Below are positions 57,160-64,000 of a DNA stretch of 64,000 nt, in pieces (within the stretch, counting starts at the first letter, position 1; each line of letters begins with the position of its first letter). This DNA comes from Tubiluchus corallicola. Lineage: Eukaryota > Animalia > Priapulida. The stretch covers positions 1 to 64,000 of the forward strand of contig JAQGDQ010000504.1 in assembly GCA_030141605.1 (NCBI GenBank), written 5' to 3'. A model generated the notes under the pieces. The model ran no database searches, was not told the DNA's origin, and worked only from the letters and a program-made list of their open reading frames with translations. The position numbers were made by a program, and so were the translations under genes.

Positions 57160-57856
57160 ACTGAACTGCAGCGTCACAATTATACTATTACGAAACAATG
57201 CTGTCGTGTTGAAGAGAACACATGTGAAGATTTAAAAGCTTCGACGTTCATTTCAGTTGTAAATCGTCTTTTAATATATTTCAAAGCTACAAGTGGAAGC
57301 GGAAGCTGCAGTAACAGGTAAAATATGTTCTGATAGTTAATTTTCTAACTGCTTAAACTTTGTTTGAACATCCTTAAAATACCTAACGCCACGTTCAAAC
57401 TAGCGAGTTTCTCTCTGAGAATAAACACGTAAGTATGAACAGCTTTGCAGATTCTGTTGGCAACAAGTTGGAAGCTCTCCCGGAGTTGCCGTGAGCTCTC
57501 TCCAACATTCAACAAAACTCACAACAGTTCTTACAAAATCGTTCACACTTACTGTCTTAGTCTCAAAGAGAATTCGTGTGTAAAACTCCCTAACCTGAAT
57601 ATGTCTATCAGAATAACTTATGCCTTATCAGAAGAACTAACCTAGATGATTAATTTTAAACCCCCCACTTTAGTCATCTTCTTACTCTCTTTTAGTCATC
57701 GTCATAAATATGTTTCTGTTGAGCCAATGTACTTTAGGTACTTTTACTAAATTATTAAATTTGTTTTATACATGTATTCCTGTGTTTATGTAGAATCACA
57801 AATTAACAGTAATTATTCAATGTGACAATAGCAGCTGTTGTAAATACCGATGCACA

Positions 57857-60433
57857 ATGGATGTCGTATCACTTGCTGTCTCACTATTGCTGCTAGTTAC
57901 TCTGTCTGGGTCAAGTGTGGGTAGCGAAAGCGCATCAGATAACCTTATTGTCAGTACCAACAAGGTAACGATCTTAGTTACAAATGTTACTCGTTTTGAA
58001 GTTTAATAATAGGACTTGAAGTACGAGAGAGCTCCACTGAGATTTGTCATCATTAGCAGAGAAAAACGTAATGCTCTTTTTAGTCTCAAAGATTATAATA
58101 TTTATTAAGTAACTTTTTGCCCTTGCGGGCATCATCAAATGAATAGAAAATGCCAGCAGCCTGAGCGTGATACATTTCTATTCAGCTGATGAGGCCCGCC
58201 AGGGTGAAAGCTACTGAATAAACATCATAATTTTTGAGACTGTAAAAGGGCATTGTGTTTTTCTCTGTTAAGTGTAGTATCACTACATTATATGCCAATT
58301 AACGAGTAATATTTTTAATGATGAAATCACAGCAGCTCTCAAGCTAACACGTGATTTCATTGATGGTTTGTATGAATGTAATAATTCATTCTTAGCACGT
58401 TAATCAATTCATTATTTAATTCAGCAGCTTAGTAGGAGTGCCTATGTAAGTTTTTTTAACACTAAATTACGAAAACATTTTCTTGATAAAAACGACCTAA
58501 TTATTTACAAAAAGCAACAATATTGAAAGAGCGGTTGACCATGGTTGGTCTTTGCCGCTCTTTCGCTTACCAGTTTAACACCATATCTAGAATTTACTAA
58601 TTTTATTTTTCCTGTAGAACCAGACAATGTCGTGTTCTACTTTTTGCAGAAAGGGCGGGGAATATTACAACGGACATTGCTACATGTTTTACGGGTTTCC
58701 AGCTAGGTCATCCTGGTATCATGCTGTGATAAGTTGCAAAATGGCAAGGAGTGAATTGCTGACAATAGAAACTGAACAGGAAAATCAGTTTATAGTAAAC
58801 TACATGAAAGTGCATGGCAAGTATAATGAAGGCCCGTGTCAGACAGAGATGGACATAATCCATAAGGCATAGACCGTAAAGAAAAACTACGTATGCTAAC
58901 CAATGCTTCCTATCACACAAATAATCCATTTACCATCCTCCACCAACTGCAGTTTGCCTACAGTAAGCCGTCAGCCATAAAGCGTGGTAGGCTCCTCATA
59001 AGCCGTTTTAGTGGTTCATAAGGGTCTTATTATTTTGTCTATAAACTGATTTGCCGTGAGGCCTTACGGTTATCGCTAAGAGGATAACTGAAGTATTTGT
59101 GGTTTTTATAATGTACAATTCAATTATACCATAACATTTCATAAACATTAAAACATGCTTTCATCCCACATCGTTTATTTACGACTGAAGTTTTATCACA
59201 ATGCACATAAGAAACACATGCAAGATGTAGAATACCAGTCAATTCTATTGATCGAGCATTTAATACGATTGTATGCAGCTGAAATTAGTTATTTCAATAA
59301 AATGATTTGGCAGACATTCCAGTGTAGTTGAAAATCTTTCGTTATCACTTTTAATCCTTTGAATTCTCCTTTACTTCATCTGTAATTAGTATTAATGGGT
59401 TTAACCCACATTGTTCACTGTATTGCGAACCACATTGAGGCCACATCCACCGATTGACGGATTTTCGATATTTTGAAAGATTCACAAATCTGATTCATGC
59501 CTCCCGCCAAAATAACAGATTATTGCAAAACCGCAGATTATGACATGGTCCTTACGGTAGACAGAAGACGCCTTACGGACTATGGATTATGTCTTGCTCC
59601 ATGAGCTGTGTGACACGGGTCTTACTGTCTAGTTTAACAGGTTCATAAACTATCCCCAACCATAACTTGTATAATCTTCTGTCAAGTTTATTAAGGATTT
59701 TTAACTGGCCTACTTTGCTTTAGGTGCATCCACCTAAAATTTTAAAACATGATCTTTGAAGGCCCTGGTTCTGTCGTTCATTTCATTTCGTTTTAATGCA
59801 AAATTTCTGCATTTTCAGAAATGAAAAATTCCTATTACACATCGGCATGTTATTAAATAAGCCATTTCACAGTTCCAGCAATTAATGATGATCAAGGGTC
59901 AAAGGTCAAGTGTACTACACAGCGCATTTGTCTGTTTAAACGGCTAGCTAGAATATTACCTAGCTCATTTTTTCTTGTTCCCCGATCAAGATCCTGCTAG
60001 TAAATCACAGACTTATGTATAAGTAACTAAAGTCCCCGTAAAACAACTGAAGGTATACTGAACTGATGCGGAAGGCAGCTTTGCTTTACCACATGTCATG
60101 TGACGTTTGTCACTAAGAAACACTTTGCTGTGATAACAGTTGACCTACACAAACTGCACGCAACGAAACTGTGAAAAGGTTTATTAACAAGTTAATTTTT
60201 TCATAGGACGGAGAAATGCGTGGAATGGGGGAACAGATACGCTGAATGAAAACGATTTTAGATGGATTTCTAATGGTCAATCCGTTACATTTACTAACTG
60301 GATGGATGGTTTGTCTGATGACCATGAAGGAAAGGAGCTTTGCATATTAATGAACCCTCATGATAATTATCAATGGAACCATATAAATTGTAACGAAGAA
60401 TTTTATTTCATCTGTGAATCTGATGCCATGTAG
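57857..60433 (+). CDS. C-type lectin gene A' (177 aa); coding exons 57857-57964, 58618-58816, 60207-60433
   Basis: Inverted paralog of A. Exon 3 is missed by the ORF track but reads (G)RRNAWNGGTDTLNENDFRWISNGQSVTFTNWMDGLSDDHEGKELCILMNPHDNYQWNHINCNEEFYFICESDAM*. Confidence 0.88.
58053..58271. mobile_element. Fold-back MITE in intron 1 of gene A' (duplicated copy)
   Basis: Reverse complement of 4689-4906. Confidence 0.7.
58831..59621. mobile_element. PIF/Harbinger-like element in intron 2 of gene A' (duplicated copy)
   Basis: Reverse complement of 3334-4133. Confidence 0.55.
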
Positions 60434-61104
60434 AAAAGTTTCCACCATGAGATGATTATGCTCTAAATGCTTGTTCAGTCTTTCTTCAGACCGTCTGTAA
60501 TTTACTGATAAAATATGCCACTAGTCTTATTATTATTATAAAACTAATATTAACGTTTTTAATTAATTTTAACTAATTAATTATTTTAGACTGTCTTCTT
60601 GCTGACATTTTCCATCGTACATCTCGTCACTGTTAAGAATGTGGAAACTGTAAACCACAAATATGTTTTCATAAATAAAATAGATAAATAGATAAATAAT
60701 TAATGGTTTTTTTAAGTCACACCTTGGTAGTAAAAAAGAATACAAGCTGTGAATACAAAAAAACTCAAAAAAGAGTCAAAAAACGTGTAAGAGACATTGT
60801 TTACGAGATAAAAGTTTGTAGATATGACGTCACAAAATCAGTAAACATTCAAGACAATAAACCTTTGACTATAGTTTTGAACGAAATTCCTGATTACAAT
60901 TTACAATTTCTAATTACAACAGACTTTGGTGAACGTTTGTAACTTTCTGTTCAGCATTTTACACATGATTAATTTATATTAGAATTTTGTGTATATCGAT
61001 TGATCGATCGGAAGCAAGTGTCTATGGTACTGCATAATGTTAGAAGAAAAATTGCAAGTCGATTTTTGTCTACAATTTTCGAGTGTAACCACATCGGGCT
61101 TACG

Positions 61105-61600
61105 CAAAGCATGATCATAAGACGAAAAGCATGATCATAAGATGTAAAGCATGATCATAAGACGTAAAGCATGATCGTAAGACGTAAAGCACGATCATAA
61201 GATGTAAAGCATAATCGTAAGATGTAAAGCATGATCGTAAGATGTAAAGCATGATCATAAGACGTAAAGCATGATCATAAGACGTAGAGCATGATCGTAA
61301 GACGTAAAGCATGATCATAAGACGTAGAGCATGATCGTAAGACGTAAAGCATGATCACAAGACGTAAAGCATGATCCTAAGATGTAAAGCATGATCATAA
61401 GACGTAGAGCATGATCGTAAGACGTAAAGCATGATCATAAGACGTAGAGCATGATCGTAAGACGTAAAGCATGATCACAAGACGTAAAGCATAGACATAA
61501 GACGTAGAGTATGATCATAAGACAAAGCATGATCATAAGATGTAAAGCATGATCATAAGATGTAAAGCATGATCATAAGACGTAAAGCATGGTCCTAAGA
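61105..61600. repeat. 20-bp minisatellite (catgatcataagacgtaaag)n, about 25 copies
   Basis: Visible tandem array. The counterpart in the other arm (about 1735-1845) has only about 5 degenerate units. Confidence 0.92.
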
Positions 61601-62156
61601 AATAAAATATTTGCGGAAAATTATTCAACATTTTTTATTTTCTCGATACTGCTGATTTGTGCTTCATTTATAGACGAGTTCTAAGTAAGACTCTAAAGCA
61701 GGGCGAATGTAACTTGCACAGACATGAACAACATCTTAAATAGAAGAGTGCTATGTGCCATGAACAAGTTGTCATTAATAATGAACGCTCAGATTTATTA
61801 AAGATAAATCAAAAGCAAAATATACTGTTTTTAAACTGTCAAACTAAAACTGAAAAACAAAAGCTGTCAGTCAAAAAACTGACCCGGGTTTAGATGACAT
61901 CAAGCTTTACTCCTTTGCTGTGGTACACTTAACCTTTGACCTACAGCAACTGCACGTGCATGCAACGAAACTGTGAGAAGGCTCATTACTTAAAATATAT
62001 GAGAAGGTGCCCTAAACTCTGCCAAAATTCTATACTGATGATTGCATACCAAAATTGCCCAAAATCTAGAAGCTTTGTGGATGCTTTTCTAGATATTTGG
62101 CAAAGATTTGGAACTGTCATACACAAAAAAGGATTACACAGGTTTCAAAATTCTTT

Positions 62157-62502
<346 letters not shown>

Positions 62503-63804
62503 CTCCTCATCGTCATGATCTTCTCCTCATCATCATCGGCAATATTGCTACTATTATTATTATTACCATTTATTAATACTTATGTACAATAACACAATTG
62601 TTCACAAAAGTTAGTCAGTAAATAACAATACAAGTTTAAAGAAGCAATGTTTAATCATTATGCATTGATCATCATGTAAATTCATTAAAAATATTCAATA
62701 AATTATTAATTATAATGTCAGTTACATACAAATACATAATACACCAAAAATGTGTGCATAACACAATATCATTATGAAATTAATAGTCATAATAATATAG
62801 ACCTATAAATTTGCTTATATTATGATCATCTTTATATAAAAGCTCCCTCTAACGAGATTTTTATGGCAACCAAGTGCTAGATTAATTACACTAAAGAGAA
62901 ATTGGCTTTTTTTCATGAAAATTGTGAGTTGTTTCGATAGCTTGTATTGTATTTCAGACAAGTGAACATGTTACAGTTTCTGCTTCATCTAGGTTGCAGG
63001 ATTTCCCAATAAAACAAGATATTAAATGATCACAGTATTTAATTATTATTGTATTTACAAAGTGTTAACTGCAAAATAACTGATCTCACAGAAAAATGGC
63101 GAAGTCATTTATCAGATCATCAAATATCAGAACATTTCTCAAACAGGATAAATAAAATTTAGTAAAACGTTATAAAATTAATAAAATATTTAAAAATTAT
63201 GGTTACTAAATTGCTTTAAAACCTAGAGCTGCAGGGTATCGAAGCTGGAACAGAGCACCAAAAACCCGAACGCAAAAAATGCGCGTTCTTGCACGTAGTT
63301 TAAGTCATGCGCTGCGCCGCTCACAACAGAAATTCGACCAGGCGACTTTGGAGGCTGGTCAGTTGAATTTAGTTCAGGCCTCGAGTAGCTGGTCAGTTGA
63401 ATTTAGTTCAGGTCTCGAGTCTGGGTTTTAATTAAACCTCTAGGTCTACGTCACGGTGACATCACGCTTGTTATTCTTAGCTGTGTTCACAAGTTTGATC
63501 ATTTGCTTGTTTACTTACGGTGCAATTTTTTAGCCAAGTCAGATTCGATACTGAAATTAAACGGGGTTCAGCTGGTGGAACGTTTCAGTGGTGCGAAGAA
63601 CAAAGGTATGTTATTGTTTATGTTTAGAGGAACATCAACTTCATTACATGCATGTGTGGTCACATGTTTAACAACAGCAGTAGCAGCAATAACAAAGTTA
63701 GCAATGCAGAGTCGTTCAGGCTGCAGTTTTTTTTCTAATTTAAGGCTGTTTCCCGCTTTTCGTTTCCAGGATTATCTTTCTTTTGTTTATTTTTCACTTT
63801 CTGT

Positions 63805-63806
63805 CT

Positions 63807-63837
<31 letters not shown>

Positions 63838-64000
63838 TCTTCTCTTCTCTTCTCTTCTTTTCTCTTCTCTTCTCTTTTTTTTATCTTCTCTTCTCTTCTT
63901 TTCTTTTCTTTTCTATTTTCTTCTCTTCTCTTCTTTTCTCTTTTCTTTTCTTCTTTTCTCTTTCTTTTCCTTCCTCCCTATATATATATATATATATATA
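63805..64000. repeat. Polypyrimidine (CT)n/(CTTTT)n tract followed by (TA)n
   Basis: Visible array. Confidence 0.9.

Larger units (their letters stand above)
57160..61748. repeat. Right outer arm of the inverted duplication (pairs with 1590-5770)
   Basis: Reverse complement of the left arm. Confidence 0.9.

Noticed and set aside
61105-61600. CRISPR-like array
   Set aside because: No unique spacers, eukaryotic context and no cas genes.
63355-63660. 34-bp direct repeat and a possible exon ending AAAG|gtatg
   Set aside because: No supporting ORF or partner terminus within the window.

Overview
AT-rich, microsatellite-dense animal (probably invertebrate, lophotrochozoan-like) genomic DNA. The window is a cluster of secreted single-domain C-type lectin (CTLD, perlucin-like) genes laid out as a large imperfect inverted duplication. 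The left half carries minus-strand genes A, B1, B2 and a deleted B pseudogene; the right half carries a plus-strand orphan A exon, B3, B4 and A'. Six genes assemble into intact three-exon ORFs (168-177 aa), and each needs a GC-AG second intron. The ligand-binding exon 3 is far more divergent between paralogs than the neighbouring introns and transposon DNA, and exon and intron ancestry disagree, which points to diversifying selection plus gene conversion. Mobile DNA includes a young full-length BEL/Pao element with a nested pogo/Tc1-type MITE, a decayed Gypsy element and its solo LTR, a probable second solo LTR, several non-autonomous Helitrons (one composite), a P-element-like element with a THAP remnant, RTE fragments, MITEs and a 5S rRNA-derived SINE. 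All alignments and counts were done by eye; no database searches were run.
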